Counted from the stretch's first letter, positions 1 to 8,632 are shown. The stretch is 58,157 nucleotides of DNA from an uncultured Christensenella sp. (GCA_964480995.1 CAYZRZ010000001.1:1-58157); one strand, 5' to 3'. Numbers and translations: made by a program. The notes: generated by a model not told the origin, from the letters alone.

Positions 1-92
1 GGATATTTGAAAATGTTTTATCCCACTCAGCAAAGACAGGGGTGAATAGTAACTGAGCACCAAAAATGTGGAGGAAACTGTGCGGAAAACAC

Positions 93-121
93 TTGCGCAC
101 ATCCCGGGCACATGCTATAAT
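93..121 (+). promoter_or_regulatory. Putative sigma-A promoter of rpsB-tsf (TTGCGC -17 nt- TGcTATAAT, extended -10)
   Basis: TTGCGC at 93-98 and TATAAT at 116-121 with a 17-nt spacer. TG at 113-114 gives an extended -10. It lies about 100 nt upstream of the rpsB ATG. Confidence 0.55.
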
Positions 122-219
122 TTATCGGATATCGCACGCGGGAGGACCGGCTGCTTGTGCCTTTGGGCGGCCAGCCTGGGATGAATCCCGCGGAGGAAAA
201 ACAAGGAGGAGAACCAAAC

Positions 220-957
220 ATGGCAGTTATCTCAATGAAGCACCTCTTGGAAGCAGGTGTACACTTCGGTCACCAAACCCGTCGCTGGAACCCCAAAATG
301 GCTCCCTACATCTTCACGGAGCGCAATGGCATCTATATCATCGACCTGCAGAAGACAGTTCGCAAGATGGATGAGGCCTATATGTTTGTGCGCAACCTGG
401 CCATGGAAGGCAAGACCATTCTGTTTGTCGGCACCAAGAAGCAGGCGCAGGAATCCATCGAGCAGGAAGCAAAACGCTGCAACATGTTTTATGTGAACCA
501 TCGCTGGCTGGGCGGCATGCTGACCAACTTCCGCACCATCCGTACCCGTGTTGACCGTCTCAATGAGATCGACAAGATGGAAAACAACGGCCAGTTTGAA
601 CTGCTGCCCAAAAAGGAAGTCATCAAGCTGATGCACGAGCGTGAAAAGCTGGAGGCCAACCTGGGCGGCATCCGCACCATGAAGTCCCTGCCGGGCGCCA
701 TCTTTATCGTTGACCCCAAGAAGGAAAACATCGCCGTGATGGAAGCGCGGGCGCTGGGTATCCCGATCATTGGCATTGTTGATACCAACTGCGATCCCGA
801 TGAAGTGGATTATGTGATTCCCGGAAACGATGACGCCATCCGCGCCGTGAAACTGATTGCCGGTAAGCTGGCTGACGCTGTGCTGGAAGGCAAGCAGGGT
901 GAGCAGTCGGGCAGTGAAGCTGCCGATGAAGCTGAGGAAGAAGAAGTTCAGCAGTAA
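220..957 (+). CDS. rpsB: 30S ribosomal protein S2
   Basis: [27 protein letters not shown] is the canonical S2 N-terminus. SD AAGGAGGA at 203-210 precedes the ATG at 220. The ORF-track start at 157 is an upstream extension. The C-terminal tail is acidic. Confidence 0.97.
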   Translation: MAVISMKHLLEAGVHFGHQTRRWNPKMAPYIFTERNGIYIIDLQKTVRKMDEAYMFVRNLAMEGKTILFVGTKKQAQESIEQEAKRCNMFYVNHRWLGGMLTNFRTIRTRVDRLNEIDKMENNGQFELLPKKEVIKLMHEREKLEANLGGIRTMKSLPGAIFIVDPKKENIAVMEARALGIPIIGIVDTNCDPDEVDYVIPGNDDAIRAVKLIAGKLADAVLEGKQGEQSGSEAADEAEEEEVQQ

Positions 958-997
958 ACCGCTGATGCGATTGTTAAGTTATTAGGAGGAATATCCG

Positions 998-1651
998 ATG
1001 GAAGTCACTACCGCATTGGTCAAGGAGCTGCGCGAGCGCACTCAGGCCGGCATGATGGATTGCAAAAAGGCCTTGCTTGCCACTGATGGCAACATTGAAA
1101 AGGCTGTTGAATATTTACGCGAGAAGGGCCTGTCCGCAGCTGTTAAGAAGGCGGGCCGCGTTGCCTCCGAAGGCATGGTTGACAGCTATATCCACTTGGG
1201 CGGCAAGATCGGTGTGCTGGTCGAAGTGAACTGCGAAACAGACTTCGTCGCCAAGACAGATACTTTCAAAGCGCTTGTGCATGATGTAGCGCTGCAGATT
1301 GCCGCAAGCAATCCTCTGTTCATCAGCAAGGATGAAGTGCCCACAACCAACCTTGAAAAAGAGCGTGAGATTCTTCGCGCCCAGGCCCTCAACGAAGGCA
1401 AGCCCGAGAAGATTGTTGAGCGCATGGTAGAGGGCAGGATTGAAAAGTATTACAAGGAAGTCTGCCTGCTTGAGCAGCCCTTTGTAAAGAATCCTGACAT
1501 CACGGTGCAGGATCTGGTGAATGAGGCCACCCTGGCCAGCGGAGAGAAGATCGCGATTCGCCGTTTCACCCGCTATGAGCTGGGCGAAGGCATTGAGAAG
1601 AAGGTGTCTGATCTCGCCAGCGAGATCAACGAGTTGACCAGGCAGGCATGA
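998..1651 (+). CDS. tsf: Elongation factor Ts
   Basis: The N-terminal UBA-like motif [20 protein letters not shown] is typical of EF-Ts. SD GGAGGA lies upstream, and the gene follows rpsB as usual. Confidence 0.97.
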   Translation: MEVTTALVKELRERTQAGMMDCKKALLATDGNIEKAVEYLREKGLSAAVKKAGRVASEGMVDSYIHLGGKIGVLVEVNCETDFVAKTDTFKALVHDVALQIAASNPLFISKDEVPTTNLEKEREILRAQALNEGKPEKIVERMVEGRIEKYYKEVCLLEQPFVKNPDITVQDLVNEATLASGEKIAIRRFTRYELGEGIEKKVSDLASEINELTRQA

Positions 1652-1679
1652 GCGGCCGCTATCAGCTGAACATATAAGC

Positions 1680-1716
1680 AAACAGGGGCGCGCATTGCGT
1701 TTGCCCCTGTTTATTT
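1680..1716 (+). terminator. Rho-independent terminator/attenuator between tsf and pyrH
   Basis: A perfect 10-bp stem, AAACAGGGGC (1680-1689) with GCCCCTGTTT (1703-1712), is followed by TTTATTT. The pyrH SD GGAGG follows at 1717-1721. Confidence 0.6.
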
Positions 1717-1726
1717 GGAGGTATTT

Positions 1727-2440
1727 ATGGCAAAGCAATATGAGCGCATCATGCTCAAGCTCTCGGGAGAGGCCCTGGGCAAGGATGGACGGCTGTTTGA
1801 TCATGAAAAAATCGATCAGGTGGCCGGAATTCTTAAACAGGCAGCGGATTCCGGTGTCCAGCTTGGCATTGTCATCGGCGCCGGCAATCTGTGGCGCGGC
1901 CGTTTGGGGGGTGCTGCGGGCATGGATGCGGTATCCGCTGATATGATGGGCATGCTGGGCACAGTCATGAACTGCCTGTGCATGAAGGAAGCGTTGCTCC
2001 GCCACGGCGTACACGCCCATGTCATGAGCGCGCTGGAGATGCCGCGTGTCGCGGAAACCTATAACCGTGACCTGGCGCTGGAGTATATGGAAAGGGGACA
2101 TGTCGTGCTGTTCGCGGCCGGACTTGGCAACCCCTTCTTTACCACGGATTCCGCCGTTGCGCTGCGCGCGGCGGAGATCGGGGCGGATGCGGTTCTTCTG
2201 GCCAAGAACATAGACGGCGTCTACTCCGCCGATCCAAGGAAGGATGACTCAGCCGTTTTGATCAGGGACTTGAGTTATGATGAAGCTTTGCAGCGTCAGC
2301 TGAATGTGATGGATCAATCCGCTCTGCTGCTGTGCCGTGACCAGGGAGTGCCGTTTATCCGTGTCTTTGGACTCGATGATCCCCAAAATATCCTGAAGGT
2401 ACTCGCGGGCGACAGCATGGGCAGTGTCGTGCATCCCTGA
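1727..2440 (+). CDS. pyrH: UMP kinase
   Basis: MAKQYERIMLKLSGEALG...GAGNLWRG is characteristic of the UMP kinase family. ATG 1727 is preferred because the SD lies 5 nt upstream; the ORF-track start at 1715 sits inside the terminator tail. Confidence 0.95.
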   Translation: MAKQYERIMLKLSGEALGKDGRLFDHEKIDQVAGILKQAADSGVQLGIVIGAGNLWRGRLGGAAGMDAVSADMMGMLGTVMNCLCMKEALLRHGVHAHVMSALEMPRVAETYNRDLALEYMERGHVVLFAAGLGNPFFTTDSAVALRAAEIGADAVLLAKNIDGVYSADPRKDDSAVLIRDLSYDEALQRQLNVMDQSALLLCRDQGVPFIRVFGLDDPQNILKVLAGDSMGSVVHP

Positions 2441-2451
2441 GGACAGCAGAG

Positions 2452-2976
2452 ATGAAATACCTGCGCAGGCTGATCTGGTTTGCGGCTAACCGCCTTCTTG
2501 CTCTGGCGGTGGTGCTGACCATGATGACCATTGCTTTTTATTTTTCCATGAACGCGGCCAACATTTATGTTGTCTTAAAGGATGGCATGGCGGAGCGCGC
2601 CCAGACAGTCATGATAGAAGAAACGCCCGGACGGCTTGAAAAGTACTTCGCGAAGAGCTATATAGACCGTGATAATGTACTGACCAGCACGAGAACGGGC
2701 ACCAATCCCTATGCGCACTACAGCATCACAGGCTTCGATCACCGCCTGAGCATGGAGTGGATGTGGTGCTGGCCCTGGGATGATACGGCCCGCGCTACCA
2801 TTACTGAGCGTATTCCCGCCATTGACGGCCGCATCACAGCCGCCGGGAAAGCCATCATCCCGGAGGAACAGTGGGGCGTTCCCAAATGGGAGAGCGCGCG
2901 CTACAACGTGGTTCTCTCTCGTGAAAACGGCCAGTGGCATATCAAGAACATGAGCTACGCGGGGGCAGTGGACTAG
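2452..2976 (+). CDS. Hypothetical membrane-anchored protein (one N-terminal TM helix, Trp-rich soluble domain)
   Basis: A 174-aa ORF with the hydrophobic helix LLALAVVLTMMTIAFYF and the motif WMWCWPWDD. I recognise no family. It is tightly packed between pyrH and dusB. Confidence 0.6.
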   Translation: MKYLRRLIWFAANRLLALAVVLTMMTIAFYFSMNAANIYVVLKDGMAERAQTVMIEETPGRLEKYFAKSYIDRDNVLTSTRTGTNPYAHYSITGFDHRLSMEWMWCWPWDDTARATITERIPAIDGRITAAGKAIIPEEQWGVPKWESARYNVVLSRENGQWHIKNMSYAGAVD

Positions 2977-3953
2977 TGGCTGGACAGGCATTGAAACCGC
3001 GCGTTCTTTTGGCGCCCCTGGCAGGCGTAAGCGACTGGCCCTTCCGTTTGCTGTGCGGGGACCTGGGCGCGGATGAAACGGTAACGGAGATGATCAGCGC
3101 CCAGGGGTACCTGTGCGCGCCTGAGGATAACCGCGCCACACAGGATCTGCTCCTGACACACCCCGGCGAGCCGCCTGTTGCGGCGCAGGTGTTCGGCCGT
3201 GACCCCAGGTGGTTTTATGACGCCATCCGCAAATTGACAGACAGCGGTCTGTATAGCGGCATTGACATTAACATGGGGTGCCCGGCACCCAAGGTGACCA
3301 ACGGCGGGTCCGGTTCCGCGCTGATGAAAACACCCGAGTTGGCCGCGAAAATCATCAAGGCCGCCAGGCAGGCTACCCAATTGCCGCTGTCCGTTAAGAT
3401 GAGGATCGGATGGGATGAAAAGAGCATCAATGTACTGCCTTTTTCAAAAATAGCGGAGGAAGAAGGGGCGGATTATATCACAGTTCATGGCCGCACCCGG
3501 GCTCAGCACTATTCCGGCAAGGCGAGCTGGGAAGCGATCGCGCGCGTAAAGCGGGAGCGCAAAATACCGGTTATTGCCAACGGTGATGTGTTCAGCTGGG
3601 CCGATGCCAAAGCATTGCTGGAGTTAAGCGGATGCGACGGGGTCGCGATCGGCCGAGGCGCGCTCGGCAATCCCTGGATATTCAGGGAGATCAAGCAAGG
3701 GCTTGCGGGGAGAGATCCCTTGCCGGCCGATCCTTCAGAAATTCAGGAGCTTTGCCTGAGGCACGCCCGCCTGATGGCGGAATGGAAAGGCGAAGATCGC
3801 GCGGTGATCGAGATGCGCAAGCATTTCGCCTGGTATCTGAAGGGGCTTCGCGGCGCGGCCCAGGTGCGCAGCCGCATTAATACCATGGACCGTTTGATTG
3901 ATGTCGAGAACACGATCAGGGAATATTTCCGGTCGCTCTCAGATCACGATTGA
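2976..3953 (+). CDS. dusB: tRNA-dihydrouridine synthase (Dus/NifR3 family)
   Basis: LLAPLAGVSDWPFRLLC, DINMGCP and HGRT are Dus family motifs. The start is uncertain. GTG 2976 overlaps the upstream stop (TAGTG) and gives a typical N-terminus. ATG 2934 is the alternative and overlaps the upstream gene by 43 nt. Confidence 0.85.
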   Translation: MAGQALKPRVLLAPLAGVSDWPFRLLCGDLGADETVTEMISAQGYLCAPEDNRATQDLLLTHPGEPPVAAQVFGRDPRWFYDAIRKLTDSGLYSGIDINMGCPAPKVTNGGSGSALMKTPELAAKIIKAARQATQLPLSVKMRIGWDEKSINVLPFSKIAEEEGADYITVHGRTRAQHYSGKASWEAIARVKRERKIPVIANGDVFSWADAKALLELSGCDGVAIGRGALGNPWIFREIKQGLAGRDPLPADPSEIQELCLRHARLMAEWKGEDRAVIEMRKHFAWYLKGLRGAAQVRSRINTMDRLIDVENTIREYFRSLSDHD

Positions 3954-4032
3954 CAAGGGGGACGGCTCCCCTTATAGTACTTTCGTATGTTTTAGGCAGG
4001 GTCTGCCTTGCATTTTCGATAGTTTTTGGAGG

Positions 4033-4593
4033 ATGATGATGGAGTACAGGATTAAAGTGGCGGGTTTGGAGCGCAGCCTGCCCATATGCCCGGTGAATGA
4101 TCAGCTGTCCATCGCGGCCTTTGTTATCTTCGGCGATGTTGAGCTGACGATGGCTTGCGCCCGTGAGATGCTGAAGATCGCGCCTGAGCATGATGTGCTG
4201 ATTACCGCGGAGTCCAAGGGCATCCCGCTTGTTTACGAAATGGCCCGCCAGCATAGCGAGAATCGCTACCTGATCGCGAGAAAGGCGCCAAAGCTCTATA
4301 TGCGCAATGTATTCTCGACCGAAGTGACAAGCATCACCACTGTTAACCGTCAAATGCTGTTTATCGATCAGAATGACGCGGATTATATGCGCGGCAAGCG
4401 TGTGCTGATCGTGGATGACGTTATTTCGACCGGCGAATCACTCAAAGCGGTTGAGAAGCTGGTCAATGAAGCCGGAGGCACTGTGATCGGGAAGATGGCC
4501 ATCCTTGCCGAAGGCCCCGCGAAAAACCGCAAGGACATTCTCTTCCTGGAAGAGCTGCCCCTGTTCAACGCCGACGGCAGCATCAAGGAGTAA
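4033..4593 (+). CDS. Phosphoribosyltransferase family protein (purine PRTase-like)
   Basis: The PRPP-binding loop VLIVDDVISTGES is present, within a type I PRTase layout. Three consecutive ATGs at 4033-4041 follow GGAGG (4028-4032), so the exact start is uncertain by up to 6 nt. Confidence 0.8.
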   Translation: MMMEYRIKVAGLERSLPICPVNDQLSIAAFVIFGDVELTMACAREMLKIAPEHDVLITAESKGIPLVYEMARQHSENRYLIARKAPKLYMRNVFSTEVTSITTVNRQMLFIDQNDADYMRGKRVLIVDDVISTGESLKAVEKLVNEAGGTVIGKMAILAEGPAKNRKDILFLEELPLFNADGSIKE

Positions 4594-4633
4594 ATTTCCT
4601 TTTCTTTGGCAGGTTATTTTGAGGAGGTTTTCT

Positions 4634-6169
4634 GTGGCAGACTGCATTGTAATATTAGATTTCGGCGGCCAGTATACACAGCTGATCGCGCGCCGCGTTC
4701 GCCAGGCCAAAGTGCTTTCGCAGGTACTGCCTTGCACAGCATCCATTGATGAGATCAAAGCCCTGGAGCCCAAGGGGATCATCCTGTCCGGCGGTCCGGC
4801 AAGCGTCCTGGAAGCAGACGCGCCCCGCTGCGCGGCTGAGCTGTTTACTATGGGCGTTCCGGTTCTTGGCATATGCTACGGTATGCAGCTGATGGGGCAG
4901 ATGCTGGGCGGACAGGTCGCGGCTGCAGACAGGCGCGAATATGGCCTGCAAAAAGTGACCGTTGATACAGACGCTGAACTTTTCATCGGTTTGCCTCAGG
5001 CGCTGGATTGCTGGATGAGCCACACTTATCAGGTGGAGCGGCTGCCCGAAGGCTTCCGCGCGATCGCCGGGACCGGCAATTGCCCTGTGGCTGCCATGGC
5101 CTGTGAGGAACGTAAGCTTTACGGCCTGCAGTTTCACCCGGAGGTCACCCATACCCAAAGCGGCAGCGATATCCTGAAAGCATTCCTTTACAATATCTGC
5201 GGCTGCACGGGCGATTGGGAAATGGCGGACTTTGCCAGGCGGGCGGTGGAGGAGATCAGGAACGCTGTAGGCGACGGCAAAGTTCTCCTGGCCCTTTCCG
5301 GCGGCGTAGACAGTTCTGTGGTCGCAGCACTTCTGCATCAAGCCATCGGCGACAGGCTGCACTGCGTATTCGTGGATCACGGCTTTATGCGCAAGGATGA
5401 GCCGCGCATGGTCAAGGAAGTATTTACCCGCGTCTTTCCGGTGACGCTTGTGGCTGTGGATGCCGCGGAGCGCTTCATGGAGAAGCTGAGGGGCGTCAGC
5501 GAACCGGAGCAGAAGCGTAAGATCATCGGCGCTGAGTTTGTGGCTGTTTTCCGCGATGAAGCAAAGAAGATGGGGCACCTGGATCATTTCGCGCAGGGCA
5601 CCATTTATCCCGATGTCATCGAATCAGGCGCGGCACCCGGCGCTACAGTCATCAAGAGCCATCACAACGTCGGCGGTCTCCCTAAAGAACTGGGATTCAC
5701 CAGCCTGATCGAGCCGCTGCGCATGCTGTTTAAGGATGAGGTACGCGAACTGGGCCTGGTGCTCGGCCTGCCGCAGGAGATGGTTAACCGCCAGCCCTTC
5801 CCGGGTCCCGGCCTGGCCATCCGCGTGATCGGCGATCTGACAAAAGATAAGGTGGATCTGGTGCGTGAAAGCGATGCCATCCTCAGGGAAGAAATTGCTT
5901 CTGCCGGCCTGGCGGGTGATATCAATCAGTACTTTACCGTGCTGTCGGGCATCCGATCCGTCGGTGTGATGGGGGATGAGCGCAGCTATGACCATGCCAT
6001 TGCCATCCGCGCCGTGACCACCGACGACTTTATGACCGCCGATTGGGCCAGGATCCCCTACGATGTACTGGCGCACATCAGCCGCCGCATCGTTAACGAA
6101 GTCCGGGGTATCAACCGCGTGCTGTTTGACGTAACAACGAAGCCGCCGGCCAGCATTGAGTGGGAATAA
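4634..6169 (+). CDS. guaA: GMP synthase (glutamine-hydrolysing)
   Basis: The GATase start IVILDFGGQYTQLIARRVR, the ATP-PPase P-loop SGGVDSS and the C-terminal PPASIEWE are present. GTG 4634 is 6 nt after SD GAGGAGG (4621-4627). The ORF-track ATG at 4505 would overlap the PRTase gene. Confidence 0.95.
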   Translation: MADCIVILDFGGQYTQLIARRVRQAKVLSQVLPCTASIDEIKALEPKGIILSGGPASVLEADAPRCAAELFTMGVPVLGICYGMQLMGQMLGGQVAAADRREYGLQKVTVDTDAELFIGLPQALDCWMSHTYQVERLPEGFRAIAGTGNCPVAAMACEERKLYGLQFHPEVTHTQSGSDILKAFLYNICGCTGDWEMADFARRAVEEIRNAVGDGKVLLALSGGVDSSVVAALLHQAIGDRLHCVFVDHGFMRKDEPRMVKEVFTRVFPVTLVAVDAAERFMEKLRGVSEPEQKRKIIGAEFVAVFRDEAKKMGHLDHFAQGTIYPDVIESGAAPGATVIKSHHNVGGLPKELGFTSLIEPLRMLFKDEVRELGLVLGLPQEMVNRQPFPGPGLAIRVIGDLTKDKVDLVRESDAILREEIASAGLAGDINQYFTVLSGIRSVGVMGDERSYDHAIAIRAVTTDDFMTADWARIPYDVLAHISRRIVNEVRGINRVLFDVTTKPPASIEWE

Positions 6170-6177
6170 GAGCCTTC

Positions 6178-6220
6178 TATACTTGAAAACCCCTTGATTA
6201 TCAAGGGGTTTTCAAGTATA
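6178..6220 (+). terminator. Rho-independent-type terminator hairpin after guaA
   Basis: A perfect 20-bp palindrome, TATACTTGAAAACCCCTTGA / TCAAGGGGTTTTCAAGTATA, with a 3-nt loop lies immediately after the guaA stop. Confidence 0.8.
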
Positions 6221-6332
6221 AGAAGACACGCGGTATCATCTGCGGAAATATTCAAGGGGAATAGCTATACATACACAGCAAACACTTATCACACAGCTTT
6301 CAAACCTCGGCGTAGATCCGGCCGGAACCCTG

Positions 6333-7013
6333 ATGGTTCATATCTCATATAAAGCCATCGGAGAGGTGGAAGGCCGGGCGGACGCGGTACTGGATGCCTT
6401 GATGGATTATATGAAGCCCGGTCTGCTGGTATTGCCGGCGCATACCTGGGATAATGTAGGCAAGCAGAATCCGGTGATGGATGTGCTGTATACGCCCAGC
6501 TGCGTTGGCGTGTTGACAGAGCTGTTCCGCAAGCGCCCGGGGGTAAGCCGATCCCTGCATCCAACACACTCTTTAGCGGCTTATGGGAAGGATGCGGAAG
6601 ACTTTGTTTCCGGAGAGGAGCTCATTGATACGCCGTGCGGAAAAGGCGGATCCTATTATAAGCTCTGGGAACGCGATGCTCAGATCCTGCTGATCGGCGT
6701 CAACTTTACCCGCAATACTTACATCCACGGGATTGAAGAATGGGACGGGGCGCGGGGGACCTTATCCCCTGAGAAAACAGACCTGTACATCATCAACAGG
6801 GATGGACAGCGCCTGTACACGCCTCAATTCCGGCACTGTGCCCGCCTGGGGTCAGAGACATTCAGCAAGCTGGAGGCGCCCGCCCTGCAGACGGGAATTC
6901 TGACGGTGGGATGCTTTGGTGACGCGTCCGCCCGTTTGATGAGGGCGAGGCATTTGCATGACATGGTTTCTTCCCTCCTGAAGAATGATTCTGCCTATTT
7001 GCTGAAGTACTGA
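6333..7013 (+). CDS. Aminoglycoside N3-acetyltransferase family protein (AAC(3)/Antibiotic_NAT fold)
   Basis: (L)MVHISYKAIG, LVLPAHTW, RSLHPTHS and LLIGVNFTRNTYIHGIEE match the AAC(3)/YokD-type family. Coordinates are from the first ATG, but family-like sequence continues in frame upstream to about 6267 (see findings). Confidence 0.8.
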   Translation: MVHISYKAIGEVEGRADAVLDALMDYMKPGLLVLPAHTWDNVGKQNPVMDVLYTPSCVGVLTELFRKRPGVSRSLHPTHSLAAYGKDAEDFVSGEELIDTPCGKGGSYYKLWERDAQILLIGVNFTRNTYIHGIEEWDGARGTLSPEKTDLYIINRDGQRLYTPQFRHCARLGSETFSKLEAPALQTGILTVGCFGDASARLMRARHLHDMVSSLLKNDSAYLLKY

Positions 7014-7046
7014 CATTCCCCGAAACTTTACATCGGAAAATAATAG

Positions 7047-7088
7047 TATCATACGGAATTATACGTATGATATTTTGTTATTCCGTAT
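7047..7088. repeat. Two nested inverted repeats (possible aac(3) terminator plus operator of the permease promoter)
   Basis: IR-A is TATCATACG (7047-7055) with CGTATGATA (7064-7072), followed by TTTT. IR-B is ATACGGAAT (7051-7059) with ATTCCGTAT (7080-7088), and its right arm touches the -35 box. Confidence 0.6.
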
Positions 7089-7116
7089 TGACTTTCGCTT
7101 ATTGCGATGCTATGAT
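7088..7116 (+). promoter_or_regulatory. Putative sigma-A promoter of the purine permease gene
   Basis: TTGACT at 7088-7093 and TATGAT at 7111-7116 with a 17-nt spacer, 77 nt upstream of ATG 7193. Confidence 0.6.
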
Positions 7117-7192
7117 GTGCCGGTCGTGAGTCTCCCTCTGCTGGTTTAGTTTGTCTTGAGGGGGATTTATTAATTCCTGATGAGAGGTACTT

Positions 7193-8632
7193 ATGGAGAA
7201 ATTCTTTAAGCTCAAGGAAAACAATACTAAGGTATCGACTGAGGTCATCGCGGGTTTGACCACCTTCTTCGCTATGGCGTACATTCTGTTCGTCAACCCT
7301 GCCATGCTGTCGCAGGCCGGTACGCCGGATAATCCCTTCCCCGCGGGCGCTATCTTCCTGGCAACCATATTTGCTTCCGTCGCTGGCACTTTGGTGATGT
7401 CGCTGTTTGCCAATGTTCCCTACGCGCAGGCTCCGGGCATGGGGCTCAATGCTTTCTTCACCTATACCGTTGTGTTTTCACTGGGCTTCAGCTGGCAGCA
7501 GGCTCTTGCCATGGTTTTTCTTTGCGGCGTGATCAACGTCCTGATCACGATCACAAAGGTTCGAAAGATGATCATCAAAGCCATCCCGATCAGCCTGCAA
7601 AACGCGATTGGCGGCGGTATTGGTATTTTCATTGCCTATATCGGCTTGAAGAATCTGGGGCTTCTCAGCTTTACGGCTGATCCCGGCACTTATCTTGATC
7701 TGGGCGGCACCATTGTGGCCAACAGTGCCATCGTACCCGCCCTGGTCGAGTTCAACAACCCTGCCGTGATCTTCGCGATTATCTCCCTGGTGCTGATGTC
7801 GGCACTCGTCATTCTGAAAGTCCGCGGCGCTGTGTTCATCAGCATCGTAGCCGCTACCATCATCGGCATCTTTTTCGGCGTGACGGATGTCAGCCGCATC
7901 GGCATCGCCAGCAACATCGGCCAGTCCTTTACGGAACTGGGAACCACCTTCGGCGCGGCTTTCGGTCCTCAAGGCCTGGGCTCGCTGTTTTCAGATGTTT
8001 CCAGGATTCCGCTGGTGCTGATGACCATTTTCGCGTTCAGCTTGTCGGATACCTTTGATACCCTTGGCACTTTCATCGGCACTGGCCGCCGCACAGGTAT
8101 CTTTGATGAAGAGGATATGAACTCGCTTGAGAACTCCAGCGGTTTCAAATCCAAGATGGATAAAGCATTGTTCGCGGATTCTGTGGCTACCTCAATCGGC
8201 GCGGTGTTCGGCACATCCAACACCACCACTTATGTGGAAAGCGCTGCCGGCATTGGCGCTGGCGGCCGGACCGGACTGACCTCGCTGACCACTGCCTGCA
8301 TGTTCCTCCTGAGCATCCTGCTGGCTCCCCTGATCGGGATCGTCCCCGCGCAAGCCACAGCCCCCGCACTCGTAATCGTCGGTGTGATGATGCTGGCCTC
8401 GTTCGCTGAGATCAAATGGACTGAAATGGATGATGCCCTGCCCGCCTTCTTCGCCGGTATATTCATGGGCTTCTGCTACAGCATCTCCTACGGCATCGCC
8501 GCTTCCTTCATCTTCTACTGTCTGGTGAAGGTGCTGCGGGGCAAGGCAAAGGAAGTGTCCCCCATCATCTGGGTATCCACCGTTCTGTTCATTCTGAACT
8601 TTGCGGCGCTGGCTTTGATGAAGAACGTGTAA
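7193..8632 (+). CDS. NCS2/AzgA-family purine permease (adenine/guanine/hypoxanthine permease, PbuG/PbuO-like)
   Basis: FFKLKENNTKVSTEVIAGLTTFFAMAYILFVNPAMLS is the characteristic AzgA/PbuG N-terminus. The protein is polytopic and 479 aa long. Confidence 0.9.
   Translation: MEKFFKLKENNTKVSTEVIAGLTTFFAMAYILFVNPAMLSQAGTPDNPFPAGAIFLATIFASVAGTLVMSLFANVPYAQAPGMGLNAFFTYTVVFSLGFSWQQALAMVFLCGVINVLITITKVRKMIIKAIPISLQNAIGGGIGIFIAYIGLKNLGLLSFTADPGTYLDLGGTIVANSAIVPALVEFNNPAVIFAIISLVLMSALVILKVRGAVFISIVAATIIGIFFGVTDVSRIGIASNIGQSFTELGTTFGAAFGPQGLGSLFSDVSRIPLVLMTIFAFSLSDTFDTLGTFIGTGRRTGIFDEEDMNSLENSSGFKSKMDKALFADSVATSIGAVFGTSNTTTYVESAAGIGAGGRTGLTSLTTACMFLLSILLAPLIGIVPAQATAPALVIVGVMMLASFAEIKWTEMDDALPAFFAGIFMGFCYSISYGIAASFIFYCLVKVLRGKAKEVSPIIWVSTVLFILNFAALALMKNV

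Noticed and set aside
1115-2101. Long antisense ORFs opposite well-supported genes. Examples: 1115-2101(-) 328 aa, 4655-5587(-) 310 aa, 10353-10979(-) 208 aa, 14325-15083(-) 252 aa, 17425-18150(+) 241 aa, 24364-24942(-) 192 aa, 25924-26538(-) 204 aa, 33670-34650(-) 326 aa, 47128-47862(-) 244 aa, 47928-48593(-) 221 aa.
   Set aside because: All lie opposite genes with unambiguous family motifs. Their translations are low-complexity and rich in Arg, Ala, Gly and His, as expected for shadow frames in GC-rich DNA. None has a convincing SD and start, and several run across intergenic terminators.
4505-4633. Upstream ATG starts offered by the ORF track: guaA at 4505, rpsB at 157, metG at 26176, mreB at 29597, ftsA at 45163, hisS at 54048, pgi at 53857, the TPM gene at 20580 and the zinc-ribbon gene at 21530.
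   Set aside because: The extensions overlap neighbouring genes or regulatory RNAs (T-box, terminators), add non-family sequence, and lack SD sites. The internal starts chosen have properly spaced SD sequences and give canonical family N-termini.
6222-7013. AAC(3) gene as a horizontally acquired resistance cassette or island.
   Set aside because: There are no flanking IS elements, integrase, attC or direct repeats, and no obvious compositional break within the coding region. Intrinsic YokD-like AAC(3) homologues are common in Firmicute chromosomes. Only the start-codon anomaly is retained as a finding.
7117-7192. Possible purine (guanine/adenine) riboswitch in the leader of the purine permease, and likewise upstream of the PRTase-guaA pair (3954-4032).
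   Set aside because: Neither leader contains the conserved purine-aptamer blocks (UAUAAU...GGAUAUGGC...GUUUCUACC...CCGUAAA...GACUAUG pattern). Only short, weak hairpins are present, and the leaders are too short for a full aptamer plus expression platform.
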